Position numbers and translations under genes: made by a program. From the human T2T-CHM13v2.0 reference genome, Homo sapiens, in assembly GCF_009914755.1 (NCBI RefSeq), contig NC_060942.1: a stretch of 64,000 nt of DNA, one strand, 5' to 3'. The stretch's first letter is position 1. Every line of letters begins with the position of its first letter. Shown here piece after piece: positions 44,203 through 58,643 of the stretch. The notes below the pieces were generated by a model. The model ran no database searches, was not told where the DNA came from, and was given only the letters and a program-made list of their open reading frames with translations.

Positions 44203-46457
44203 GGTGTCTAAGATACACACAGAATAAACCAGTCTACCTGACAAACAAGCTTCCCAAGTGATTCTGAGGGGCAGGGCTCCTGTTAACTTATATGGCATCT
44301 TTGTACAATTAGAGAGGTACATGATCCTCCATCACCAGGGCAGATACAACCTTATACCAAGATGCAGAACTTGGTGAGTACAGTATTGACTAGATTTAAA
44401 GTCTCATCTGCTTCCTCCTTGACACAGGACTGAGTGCCTGTGTACAGTGCATACATTGTACAACCAACAGTATCAGCCCTGCTCATGGGCACTAGTTGTC
44501 AGATCTGCATCTAAAAGTCACTAAATATTAACGAGTTTCAAATATAAAAATCCCCTATGTCTTCCCAAATATCAGACATAGTCTTGGGATTAAATTCCCA
44601 TTGGCAGTGGAAAATATCTTTTTCTGTGTCGCTGTGCACAGAAAACTGTGTACCCTGACTATTCTAATTGCTAGTCCACAGTTCATTGTCTCCTGAGATA
44701 CACCCTGGGAATGCTCTCTTACTCCTGCCAGCCATTTATCCTAAGATTAACCTCTCTCAAGAGATAAAGAGGAGTTCATTGGCCTTATTTAAATGGACTT
44801 GCAAAATCAACTTATATTTTGTTTAATTTGTAGGACACCCACAATGGACTCACTGTATTATATTGTCCCATTACTTTGTCAGGTGCAGGTAAGCTCAGCA
44901 GGAATCATGCTTAAAGTGATTTACTAGCACTGCCAAGAGAAAATGAAAGAAGAGTGGACACTTGTACTATTTTCAGCCAGTGATACCAGCTGTTCCTGAG
45001 GGAGATAAAGGTGGCCCATGCATCAACCACGTAGTGATGTTGCTAAGTCATGGGTCACCTTTAGGTTGATGTTATAAAAAGGATTATCTTATATTTGCAA
45101 GTAAGTGATAATGCTTATATTTGCTTCTACTCAACCTGCCTCATCTGTGAGAGAATATAAAGGCCTGTGTCATGATAGTAGAAATGAAATGAGACTTGCT
45201 CAAGTTTTTCCAAATGTTCCCATGTTTTCCTCCATTGAGTCCTGAAACTCTGCCTTAAAGGATTGATTTCTGAATTATAAAGTATTCTAGATCATATTTC
45301 ATTTGAAATAACTAAGGCCTAGAGGAGTGAATTGCCCAGGGCCATACAGCTGCTTGTCCACAAAGCTAAGGCAGAACTCCTTGATTCTAGTCCTATGTAC
45401 ATTTATTATGTCATGTTGCGTTTACCCCATTGCTTTTTGCTGGTATTCTGTTTAGCAATCAGATAATCTCAGGAGAGACCACAAAGTATGTTCTTAACAC
45501 TTCAGTCTTAATGAGTTATAAACTTCATGATAAAAGAAATCAGAGTAAGACAGAAGAAACCAGGATAAGATATTATTGGCTTCTAAGAAACAAAAGGAGT
45601 AAAGGGGAAGAAAAGTTGAGGAAAGAGAGATTAAAACTGAAGCCTTGGAGTGACAGAGGGAATTTTTGTCCTACCTGATTTTCAGTTTTCTTTTGGGTCA
45701 AACTGGCCTTGTGAAATCAAAAGAGTTGTTCATTAAACTGCCTGCTTCCCAAGACCAGTGTATTATCACAGATAATAATATCTGTGAAGCTCTGTGTTAC
45801 CAGTTCATTTTATTTCCATCCTTTTTATTGTGAGGAAGACAAACAATTGTGCTATCACCCAAGTAGACAATGTCATCTGTGAAAATGTGCTGCTTCCAGG
45901 AGTCAGGAATCGGTACTCTTTTTAAAAGAATTTTAAATCAGAGGAGACTGTCAACAATCACAAAGAGGAACTTTTTATTTCCTTGAGTTCTCACTACCTC
46001 TTCTAACATGCCACAGCAATCTTCATATAGCTGAAGGAAGTCAGGCATGAAATGGTGTTCTATTTAGTTTAATGGTTAACAGACAGCTTCAACAGCCACA
46101 TTCAACACATTAGCCTTGTGTAGAAAGACTTGATAATTTTTAATAAGTTCAAAAAGTGTTTTCTATATAACCCTCCTGTATAGCAGAAGTATCCTTGACT
46201 GTCTTTTTCTTTTCATTGCCACAAAATATATTGCAGAGTGAGGTTTCATAATAGTGTTTTTCTAGCTTTTGATTTCACAAAGTGAGTAGCTCATGGCTCC
46301 ATGGAGTTGAAAAAGAGAATTAAAAGGGAAGAACTTCCTCCAATTTTTGAAAAGATCTTAGCTATCTTCTAGTCCAAGTCCTTTTATTTGTTAAAGAAAT
46401 CAAGTCTAGAAAAGTTGAGTGACTCCAGTGACTCAATTTATTAATGCATAGCTTATG

Positions 46458-46636
46458 TTTTCCTCCTTCCCTCATTTTCTCCTTTTTCCTTCATCCTTTC
46501 TTGCTTTTCTTCCTTCTCTTCTTCTTTTGTCCCACTTACCCTTTCATTTCCCTTTCTTCTTCCCTCCCCTCCTTCCTTCCTCTTTCCCTCTTTCCTTCCT
46601 TTTTATCTTCTGCTTCCCTTCCTGTGTTTCTTCTTA
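46458..46636. repeat. CT-rich low-complexity tract
   Basis: Polypyrimidine (CCTT/CTT)n. Confidence 0.9.
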
Positions 46637-47730
46637 ATGCTATGAGATTTTTTTTTACCTTTCTTTCAATTTCATATTTGTTCATTTTTTTTTCAGTCTG
46701 AAAGACTGCTTCTCTTCACACCTACACAGTGGCTATTTTCCTAAGAGATGAAATGCCGTTTTCCTAGAAAAGAAGAGAAAGCAGTGTATAATACCTGATT
46801 TTCTCTTACTTTCTAATTATTATGTTTCCTAGTCCCAACATGTCTAACTTCTAAGTTTAACTCTAAACTTTTAAGTTCTCAGGGCAACGTCTTTATTTTA
46901 GTATTCATTTATTTACCAGGTGAATAAATAGTTTGCTCTGAGATTATATTAAAACTTCATCTTCCATCTGATAGAATTAAGAAAACTCCAAGAAAGAGCA
47001 TAATAATTATTGACTATTTTGACTACAACATGAAATACCTTGCAAATATGGATTCTTACAATTATTTTCCATGGATATTTCACATTATTACCTCATGTAA
47101 ATCTTGTGATCATCTTCTGAGGGTAATATAAAGAATATGACATTATCTTAATTTTTGTAAATGCGAAAACATTTCTAAGATTTCACATGACTTGGTAAAG
47201 GTCACATGGCTCAGCATTAGACCCATATGGGAAACCAGACTTTCTAACACCCGGCTCAATATCCTTTCACTGTACCAAACACTTCTTCTCATGACAGTAA
47301 CTTCTGTTTGGTTATGTACTTAATCAGGAGCTATGACAGAGAAACTGGGTTCAGAAAGAGTCTTGGGAGAGTAAGACATAGGACAGCACAGTGGAGGAGA
47401 ATGGAAGAGAGGATTGCCTCATTTAACTTTAGGTCTGTACAGAGATAGTGGCAAGAGAGCAGAGAAGTACCTGGTTTATACAAGAGACTCCACATCATTA
47501 TGAAACTGTAGGCTCGATTAGTCCAGAAAAATTGATTTCAAGGTTGGAGGTAAGCACCGTAGATAGCGTCAAAACAAGCAAAGGACTGAGGCAAAGGGAA
47601 CCCATGATACAGATCAACGAATCTGACAGTGGGAAAAATAGTAACCAGGACAAATAAAATTATATAGTACTATGGAAGGATTGGATCTTTCTGCTTTTTG
47701 GTCTTAGGTAAATTGTCTATTCAAACAAAT

Positions 47731-47734
<4 letters not shown>

Positions 47735-47775
<41 letters not shown>
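47735..47775. repeat. (GT)n microsatellite
   Basis: Direct inspection. Confidence 0.95.
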
Positions 47776-47777
<2 letters not shown>

Positions 47778-50700
47778 ACTTATTTTCTTCTTTTGCATAA
47801 TCTGAACGCATCAATGAAGGCCTTCCAAGGATGCAATATGGTCAGTTCCATGAATGATATCCTTGCATACTGCATTCTCAGATTCTTCTCATTCTAGGGC
47901 TCTGTGTCAGAAACTGTTGTGTGGAACAAGACCCACTAACTTGGGAGTTAACAAGTGTTTACTTGACTTTGCATTGGCATCTTATAGGCTATCATCTTGT
48001 AGATGAACAATTTGCTCCAAAATGACATGCCACAGCACTGCTTAAGATGCAAGTAACATTTTCCTTCACTTGGAGGGCCCATTTAACAAGATGATCTAAG
48101 GATATGGTTTCAGTGTATGCTATCTCATGAGCTATTACTGTAGGTTTATGTGACTAATTTTATTAAATATACAATAATTAATGTTTCCAAAAGGTAATAG
48201 TCTCTCTTTTAAAGTAACAATCATGGGAAGTTGTAAGCAAGTTTAAATAACATATTCATTTTGGGAACTCTTTTGGTATAATTTAAAAAATTTACCAGAG
48301 TGCTTTTATTGGAACTTGAACTGTAAGTGCCCACCTAATGCCTGTTGGTTAATATCACTTATATCATAGGATCATAATAAGAAGGAAAATGGATAAAGTT
48401 CTTCCAAAGAACCCCAGTGATTCTACTAAACCCTGTTCACCTCCTTTGTTGCAAGTCAGATAACACAGTTTCCGGCCTAAACTGTTTCATTAATTAACTG
48501 TGTAGCTTGAGACAAGTAACCACTCAATATCTTTATCTAAAAAATTGGATTACATGATCTCTTAGTTTCCTGCTAGCTCCATCAGTCTGTGTTTCTATGG
48601 TCCACTTGATGTCAAAGTCAGTATCAGGTTCACTTTGGGAAGGTGTGATCTATTTTTTTAAAGGTTGTCTAGGTTCACAAGTTTAATGGAACCCTGCCTG
48701 TACCCTGGAAATACTGCCTATGATGGTTAAGCTATTTTATAATATGCAGGTTTAAAGTTATCTAATAACTTCTCACAATATAAAATAACTTAAAAAGTTT
48801 TTTAAAAATTTTGAACATAAAGCAAATTTACAAACTTTAATTCCAGTGAGTAGAATTAAATCAGCAAATAAGTGGCTAATTGTATGTACTTATTGTCAAC
48901 TGGGACTTCAGGAAAGAACACTGCCAAGCTATATGCTTTGGATAATACAAATAGTGTGGAAAGAAGGAGCAGGGGAGCAGAAAAAAAAAATAAATAAGAA
49001 TAATGGAATGATTGAAGAGTTTTGAATATCCAGAAGAACTATTCAAACAAATAGCACTGACACATTTTTAAACAATCATAGATAGATTCGAGTAAACATG
49101 AACAGAAAAATAAACATAAAGGAGAAAACTCATGAAGTGACAGTCTTTACATTTTTTTGTTCTAAAACATCATTGGGAATAAACACAAAAATGATATATA
49201 ACTTGAATACTAACAGAGGTCATCATACGTAATGATAATAAAAAACAGCAAGACCAGTTTACCCACTCCCTGCCCTCCATTCTATGAGATGCCTCATGTC
49301 TTTTCTAAGACTTTGGGAACATTTCAAGGTCTTGTAATTTCCAAAAATTCCAGGGTTTTGCAGTTTCCTAAGAATGTCTGGCCTGGTGTCTCCCCTCCAG
49401 CCAAGCTTAGACAGCATTATAGTGCCCATCTGTTGGTGTAATCTCCTTCTTAAGCTTTGTGCTCACCCTCAATGTGGAGCTCAATCTCTTGATGTGGCTG
49501 TCTGCCAAAGCCATTCCATGAAATGTCTACATATACAAAATATGTGGGGAAATATAGAGTGTTCACGGCAACAACAACAAAATTTATAATGAAATCTTTC
49601 ACATAGCTATTGTGGTGTTTTGGAGCCATGCCACCATTTTGGAGCTCTTTCTGTGGTTCTTGGGCATAAATTAAGCCCTCTCACTTTCAGGAAAGATCTC
49701 CCCCTGCTCAATTCCCCTTCCTCTAACTAGCTCCACTGAGGGTATATGTCCTCCCTTTAACAAGAATGCAGATTTTAACTTCATGTGGTTAGCGGTCAGG
49801 TTTTCCAATATCAAATAAAACCTTGCAGTGAGTTTAGAGAAGTTGATCAATAACAGCATTAGCTAAGTAAACAAAATAATATCCCAGACTGTTGAGTTTG
49901 GGAAATGATTTTTGAGTTTGCCTCCTGCAATCTTAACAACTGCACATGATTATCAGACCATGAAACTATTAGAATGCTTATTGTTTAAACGTTTCCCCTC
50001 CAACTGCACACAGATTTTATCTAGAGATGAATTTAAGCATGGAAACTTTAATACTGAAATGAAACACTAAACACAAAATGCAAAGAAGACAAACACTACC
50101 CATCTGAGGAGAACATGGCAGTAATTTAAAAGCACATGTTTTTGTCAAATAAATCTTTAGGCCAAAGTGCTAAAGTACTCTTGCATTCTTTGATCCTTTG
50201 CAAGAAGACTATATATGTCAGGAATGCCAATGACAACAGAAATAAATACATAGAAATATCTACATTATTATGCCTAAATTATCATTTGATTCTTTTAAAA
50301 TGGTCTTGCCATGTTATATTATTTCTTAACACACCGAGATACATGCTACATTGGATTATAAATTACTTTGAATCTCGGAATTCAAATTTGCAAACTGCTG
50401 AGAGTTGTCAGACTGCTATGCTGATTAAATGAACAATCTAAACATTTGCATAAAGAAGAATTCCTAGGGCAATACTCAACTAGAAAACAACAACTTAGAA
50501 TAACATGACTAAGAGCTGTGGGTGGGAATCACCACCAAGAAAGTGGCAATGCTGAGTCACAAATTTGGGGCTGCGGCTATGTATGAAAACCAGCAGGCAG
50601 GTATTAGAGAGAGTGAATGGTGAAAGAAAGGAGTTGGGAGGGAGGGAGTGAGACTTAGAGGGTAGAAGGAGAAGACTGGAGGATGAACATGATTCTGAGT

Positions 50701-50929
50701 GAGAACATAATTACCATGTAAGTGGTCACGGCCTCCCTTCCTCAAAAAGAATTTTGAGTGTCAGCATAGGTTCCCTTTCTTCTCACATCATTTCCCAACA
50801 ATGTTGCCAGTATCTTCCTCTCTCCACTCATTTTCTATCCAAATAGTATATCAAGTTAGAGTGTCAACTTTTGATACATGGCACCTATTGGAGTTAGTTC
50901 AGTTGGCAAGACTAAGAAAGAGTTGAATA

Positions 50930-51219
50930 GCCTGTAATCCCAGCACTTTGAGAGGCTGAGGCAGGCAGATTATGAGGTCAAGAGATCAAGACCATCCTGG
51001 CCAACATGGTAAAACCCCATCTCTACTAAAAATACAAAAATTTACTGGGCGTGGTGGTACGTGCCTGTAGTCCCAGCTACTCAGGAGGCTGAGGCAGGAG
51101 AATCGCTTGAACCTGGGAGGCAGAGGTTGCAGTGAGCTGAGATTGCAGTGAGCTGGAGTATAAAAGTACTCCAGCCTGGTGACAGAGTGAGACTCCATCT
51201 CAAAAAAAAGAAAAAAAAA
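50930..51219 (+). mobile_element. AluSc-like, 5'-truncated
   Basis: GGTCAAGAGATCAAGACCATCCTGGCCAAC; TSD AAAGAGTTrAATA. Confidence 0.92.
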
Positions 51220-51858
51220 GAGTTAAATAATTCTCAAAAAATTCTTTAATTGGACTATGAAGTGAGTAAAAAAAAAATACAACAGCCTCAGGCCACCATA
51301 ATTTTACCTGTGAAAGCCAGCAGCCTTAAATAAAAACAGGACTTAGAATAGAGCATCTGGACTGTTTGCATCTTTTGACACACCTGGAGTAGCTAATATC
51401 CTTTACCCCCGATGTTGATGCCTGCAATCTTAATGTTTCAAGGAAGAGTTAGAGTAAGAAATATGTGTGGCAATAAATCTGTGCTGTTTTTCATGGAGCT
51501 GCAACTAGGCATTCTTTTGCCAAAGGAAGAACAGAGTTAAGTTAGTTAAAATGGCTAATATTGACTAGAAATAAGGTTTTGTATTCTAGCAGGTGCTCTT
51601 TAAATTTGCCTACTTATACATTATAATTAATCATCTTCTGTAAAGAATCTATGTATTTCAAAATTGCAATCACCTTTATATATTTGCCTAATTTTATACA
51701 ATATCAAATTATGGATTTTGTACACATTGTTCTCCAAAATTGCTAGACAGATGTGACAAAGGCAAAATTATAAAACTTAATCTATCTTAAATGGTCAAAA
51801 ATGATTATGTTGTAGGTTTAATTGGAATTAGAGAAAGGGAATTTCATAAGTACACTAT

Positions 51859-52579
<721 letters not shown>

Positions 52580-53084
52580 ATTACCAATCTTTAAGGGGCT
52601 ACTGCCCTCAAATTGCACTCAATTTACATCGTATCAATTGCTATACCACTTAATGGACATTGTTTTCATCATATAATTTTTTTTCTACTTTTCTCTGCTT
52701 TCTTCTTGCCATTATTTTTTAGCATTGCTATTGAATATATGCATTAAAACATCATTAACATGTCACATTTCTTTTCACAAATATTTAATGAATCTCTCCC
52801 CTTCATTGCCTGCAGGATAAAGATCCATTACTTGGCTTTTAAAACTCTACAGGACATAGTCCCATGTGAAACACCATCTTTTTATGGGTTCTAGTAACAA
52901 AATTGGTACAAGCCTAGCAAGAATGCTGACCTGAGAACCTACTCAAAGTAACTTAATCTTTTATCCCATGGAGAAAATAATAATTCTATATCTCAGTTTT
53001 TAAGCTTCCACATGATTGCCTCCTGCCTAATCCTTTATCAGATGTGACCCAACTTCCCTTACTTTATCCAGTACACTTACGTGT

Positions 53085-54374
53085 AGCATTAATGACATTT
53101 TGGTCAATTATGGCCCACATATACGAAGGTGGTCCCATAATGTTATAATGGAGTTGACAAATTCCTATTGTCTAATGACATCGTCATTGTCATGTCATAT
53201 TACAAGACATCACTAACATGTTTGTGGTGATGCTGGTGTGAATAAACCTACTGTGATGCCAGTTGCATAAAAGTCTAACATATACAATTAGGTTCAGCAC
53301 CTAATAATTGGTAATGTACATAAACAACTATGTTACTGGCTTATACTTTTTATTGTAATTTTAGAGTGTACTTCTTCTATTTACAAAAAAAAAAACAACA
53401 ACGTTAAATGTAAAGCTGCCTTCAGCAATTCCTTTAGGAGGTATTCCAAAAGAAGTAACACTCCATGCGTGTTACTACCTCTGAAAATCTTTCAGTGGGA
53501 AAAGATGTGGAGGTGAAAGATAGTGATATTGATGATCTTGACCTTATATAGACCTGGGCTAATGTGTGTGTTTTTGCCTTAGTTTTTAATAAAAATGTTT
53601 AAAAAGTAAAAATATGCTTTATAAATAGGAAAAACCTTATAGAATAAGAATATAAAGGAAGAAAGTATTTTTGGAGAGCTTTGCAATGTGTTTGTGTTTT
53701 AAGCTAAGTATTATAACAAAAGAGTCAGAGTTAAAAAATTAAAATGTTTGCAAAGTGAAAAAGTTATAGTAAGCTAAAGTTAATTTAGTACTGAAGAAAG
53801 AAATTTTAAAAATAAATTTGGCCTAAGTGTACAGTGTTTATAAAGTCTACAGTAATGTCCTAGGCCTTCACATTCACTCATCACTCACACTCTGACTCAC
53901 ACAGAGCAATTTCCAATCCTGCCATCTCCATTTATGGTAAGTGCCCTACACAGGTGCACCTTTTTTTTTTAATTGTCTTTTATAGTGTATTTTTACTGCA
54001 TTTTTTTCTGTGTTTAGGTATGTCTAGATATACAAATACCAGTGTATTACAATTGCCTGTAGTATTCAGTATAATAACATACTGTACAGGTCAGTAGCCT
54101 AGGAGCAATAGGCTGTACCATATAGCCTAGGTATGTAGCAGGCTATACCATCTAGGTGTGTGTAGCAATAGGCTGTACCATATAGCCTAGGTATGTAGCA
54201 GGCTATACCATCTAGGTGTGTGTAGCAATAGGCTGTACCATATAGCCTAGGTATGTAGCAGGCTATACCATCTTGGTTTGTGTAAGTACACACTATGATG
54301 TTTGCACAATGATGAAATAATCTAGCGACTCATTTTTTTGGAAGGTATCCCTACTGTTAAGCAAAGCATGACTA
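53085..54374 (-). mobile_element. Tigger3b-like TcMar DNA transposon
   Basis: GGTGGTCCCATAA..TTATAATGGAG at left; TATCCCTACTGTTAAGCAAAGCATGACT terminus at right. Confidence 0.85.
54104..54283. repeat. 60-bp tandem repeat x3 inside Tigger3b
   Basis: Units at 54104, 54164 and 54224; first two identical, third differs at 2 positions. Confidence 0.97.
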
Positions 54375-57300
54375 TAGTTAGAACTTCTATTGTTCCCTCT
54401 TTGCTCTGGGGCCTTACGCCTGCTAATCTCTCTGCCTGAAAGCTTTTGCCCTAAGCCTCCATGTTAGCTCTCTTGTTTTAGCTGCCTCATACCCATATTT
54501 TATGTATCAAACAACTTCCCCTTTCTCTGAGAATCTTTTCTGGATATCTCATCTTGGACTAGGTGCCCATACCATGTGTTGCCATGCCATCCTGTGCTGC
54601 CTTTATTATACATAGATATTGTCACACTTTATTGTAATCAGTTCCATGCCTTCCCATAGACTGTAAAAAGTTTGGATCACCTTCATTTTATTCATCATTT
54701 CATTCCAGTATCTCTCCCCATCCCATCGTTTCTAGCTTATAGCATATGAATAAATGCAGTTTCCAAGTTAAGGCTATGAAAAGGTATTTTTGAGCGCAGA
54801 AATAAGTAGCAAAGTCAAAGTGATAAATAAAGGCAAATTATAACATCAAAAAAGCAGTTTTTCAAACATTGTTTCTGAGTGGAAAGAGTGGCAATGAACA
54901 AAGTTCTAAAACCAGGAAGACTTAGCCAAGAATTCATCTACTCTCCTCCCCAAAGCAAAGTGGACCTATATTTCCTCCAGGTTGTTTGAATCCTTCTCAT
55001 ACTATGACTGCAGTTTCCAATTTATTTCTTTGCGGATTTTGTTTTTCCAGTTTTTAATATTTAGTTTCCTCCATTTACCTGAGTTCTAGATGGCAAAACC
55101 ACAGCAATTTTGGTTCTTACCAAATATCTCCTCTGACACAGCTATCTTCTCCCAACCTTACATTACTTTCCAAGTGTTGATTTTATTGTTGATATTATTA
55201 TTATCTCCAGTTTGAGTCTAAGCTCTACCAAGGAAGGAAGAGTGCCTTGTCCATTTTGGGGTTCACCCTTAAATTACCTTGGGTGCTGTCCAGCACATGG
55301 TTAATAATCAATAAACAAACAGCCTACTGGACTTGCCAGTTTTCCTGGGAGAAGGCATCTTATATTTCAGGAACAAAATATATTTTACAAGCAAAGAATA
55401 CATAGATAAACTTCTTTTAAAAGTTCTATGTTTTCATATTACTTATTTGATTTGTTAGCATTATTCTCTGCCTTATTTCAACAGAATGTGATGTGGGTGA
55501 GAAAGGATGATAAAGTCAAAACTACCTTGGACACTAATCAAAAGATTTGGGTTAAACTGTATAAGTTGTCTGAGCATCAGTGAGTTATGCAAGCACTCTG
55601 GGCTTCAGTTCTCTCACTTGCCAAGTAAGAGGCTTGGGTCAGAGAATTTTAATATCTCCACAAGCTACAACAATTCTATGACTATTTTTGTATTATGCAA
55701 ACAGAGATCTTCACACCTTTTATAAACATGTGGAGCAATTTTCTGCTGAGAATCTCAGTGTTTATCCATGATAGTTAAATAATAATCCATTGATAGTCAA
55801 ATACTCTTGTTAAAAGATTTCCGTGTGTTTAATGAGTCTATTTATTACCCATTGGGAAACACTGAGTGATATAAAAAAAAATTCCTATCATTTATCATAG
55901 AATTTCCTTTCAACACAAAAAATCAACCACCAAAATTCTAATATTATCATGTATCTACAACTCGAATTCAATTTTAATCTGCTGCTCCAAAGAGTTCTAC
56001 AAAAACACACTGTGCTTGGCTAATCTCTGGACACAGTCACACCTATTTAATGTGGAGGAGTCTGCACATGCCACTTTCCAAAGTCCACTGTAGGAAAAGC
56101 TTTCAGCAAGATAAGTCACAGCTAAATGCATTCTTGAAGATTAATTATCACTTGGATCTTTTCAGCTTTCAAATATACAATTGCATTAAGTGTAAATTAA
56201 CTACCTTGGAGCTGCATAATGGACACTGGGTAGAGGACTTTCACCTTTATGTCTTTGGTTGGAATCTATCCCCAGCTTAAGACTGACTGAAAGTCATTAT
56301 CCTTTGTCAACTGTTCGGTGACTTATGAAATGAGTTATTGGTCTTAGTTAAGATCCTAGCGCAGCCTAAAAGACCTTCACAATTGATGATCATCAGGAAC
56401 TGCTGGAACTTGAGAAAGAGGATCGGAGATTGAATTGGTCATGGAAATTTAATTAGCGTCCCCCTGGTCCACCTTCCAAACACTCATTGAGGCTGAGTTT
56501 TGCCCTTCTCTGGAAAAGAACGATTTCAGTCTTTGGGGTTGCTGACTGGACATCTTTCATTAGCATAACATAATGGAGACAACTTATGGCTTTTTCTTCT
56601 AGTTAGGGCAGCACAATTATCCCCAATATTTTTCTTCACATAAAGAGATATCTGAAGGCTTAGTCAACTGTGGGAAAGATTTTATTTTTTTGTTTTAAGT
56701 CTCTCAGAGTACAGAAAAACTACTGAGATTCCATAACATATCTCATCATTATTGTCTCTACGGAGGCAAGAACATGTTGGCATCAGATTATTATTTTTAT
56801 CTGTCTAGAAATAACATGGTTCAGGAAAAAGTGTCCTTGTCATGTGAAGGCTTTTGTTGTCTGAGTTGTTTGTACCTGCTCTGCATCTGTCAGTGAATGG
56901 AGTTTGAGGCTTTGGTTTCCCCACATATAAGGTAAAGGACATTAGACTGGATTTTTCAAAGTCTCTTCTGAGTTTATCAGATTCTAGCACTGACACATTT
57001 TCCTTTTCCTGAAAGTCTTGGGACTATATGGAAGCCTGGGGCTTTTCTCTTAAGAAGACACTATCATTTTAATGGTTGAATATTAGACGGGATGTAGCTT
57101 CATTTGGAAGTCATTAGCTGAGGAACATTAAAAAAATTTATATGAAATGAAGAGTGGGAATCATTAAGAGTGACAATATAAAACAGGTAAATAAAAACTA
57201 GAATTAGAGAGTAAATGGGTAAACAGTGCTTTCTATCATATCCCAGGAGGGTGAGAATGTAATTCAGGAGGACTGCAAGAATCATTTCAAGTGTAAAGAT

Positions 57301-57384
57301 GACAATCAGAGGCCAAGCGTAGTGACAGCAGCTGCACCTGTGACGGTCAGAGGCCAATAATTGGTGCCTGGGAGTTCAGAGTTC

Positions 57385-57490
57385 TTTCTCTTCCTCTTCC
57401 TCCCCTTGCCTACCCTCCCCTCCGCTCCCTGCCCCTCCCCTCCCCACCCCTCCCCTCCCCTCCTGTACCCTCCTTTCTCCTCCTCTCCCC
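57385..57490. repeat. C-rich (CCCCT)n low-complexity tract
   Basis: Repeated C3-C4 runs; G-quadruplex potential on the minus strand. Confidence 0.85.
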
Positions 57491-57522
57491 ATTATAAAAT
57501 ACATATTTAAAAACCAGAGATT

Positions 57523-57843
<321 letters not shown>

Positions 57844-58224
57844 CCCTGAGATTTAGCCTTGATTCTTGAATTTTTCTTCACTCTGCTCATATAGACTCTA
57901 CTATCAAGTTCAGTTGATTTAAGTGAGTTTTCCTATTACTCTTCATCTCCACTGTCACCATTTTAGTCCAAACACCTGCCATCTCTTATCCAATTTAAAG
58001 GGATAAATTTCTTTCTCTTTGATTCCAGTTAGCCTCCTTTCCCATCTTGAATCTTTTCTCCACATAGTTGTATAAATAATCTTTTAAAAAACATGTGTTA
58101 GGAAACAACTTATGTTCTTAAAACCTTTCATAGCTTCCCATTTTCACAAAATCCAAATTACTTACCATGACTTAAGTTTTCTGCCTTGAACTTTTACATA
58201 TCTCCAATATTGCCTTATGTCACT

Positions 58225-58643
58225 GAGGTCAACAGAATAATGTTCCCCACTTCCCCACCAAATATTGACATTCTAATTCTTTAAACCTGTAAATATGTTA
58301 CCTTACCTGGCAAAGAGAACTTTGCAGAGGTGAGTTAAGAATGCTGAGATAAGATTAGCTTGAATTATGTGTGTGGGCTGAATGAAATCCCAGGGGTCCT
58401 CAGAAGAAGGAGGCAGGAAGGTCAGAGTCAGGGAAGGAGAGGTGATGACAGAAGCAGAGGTTGGAATGATGCGATTGCTAGAAAGGGGGACCATAACCAA
58501 AAACAGGCTGCCAGAAAAGGTAGGGGCATGGACTCCTTGGCAACCTTGATTTTAGCCTAGGGAAACTCATTTCAAACATCTGACCTCCAGAACTGTAACT
58601 TGTGTTGTTTTAGGCAACTAAGTTTGTGGTATTATGTGACAGT
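58225..58643 (+). mobile_element. MLT1C/D MaLR LTR nested in L2
   Basis: AATATGTTACCTTAC.TGGCAAA...GACCTCCAGAACTGTAA...AGCAATAGAAAGCTAATA. Confidence 0.8.

Noticed and set aside
54104-54283. CRISPR-like array
   Set aside because: Head-to-tail identical units with no unique spacers, inside a eukaryotic transposon.
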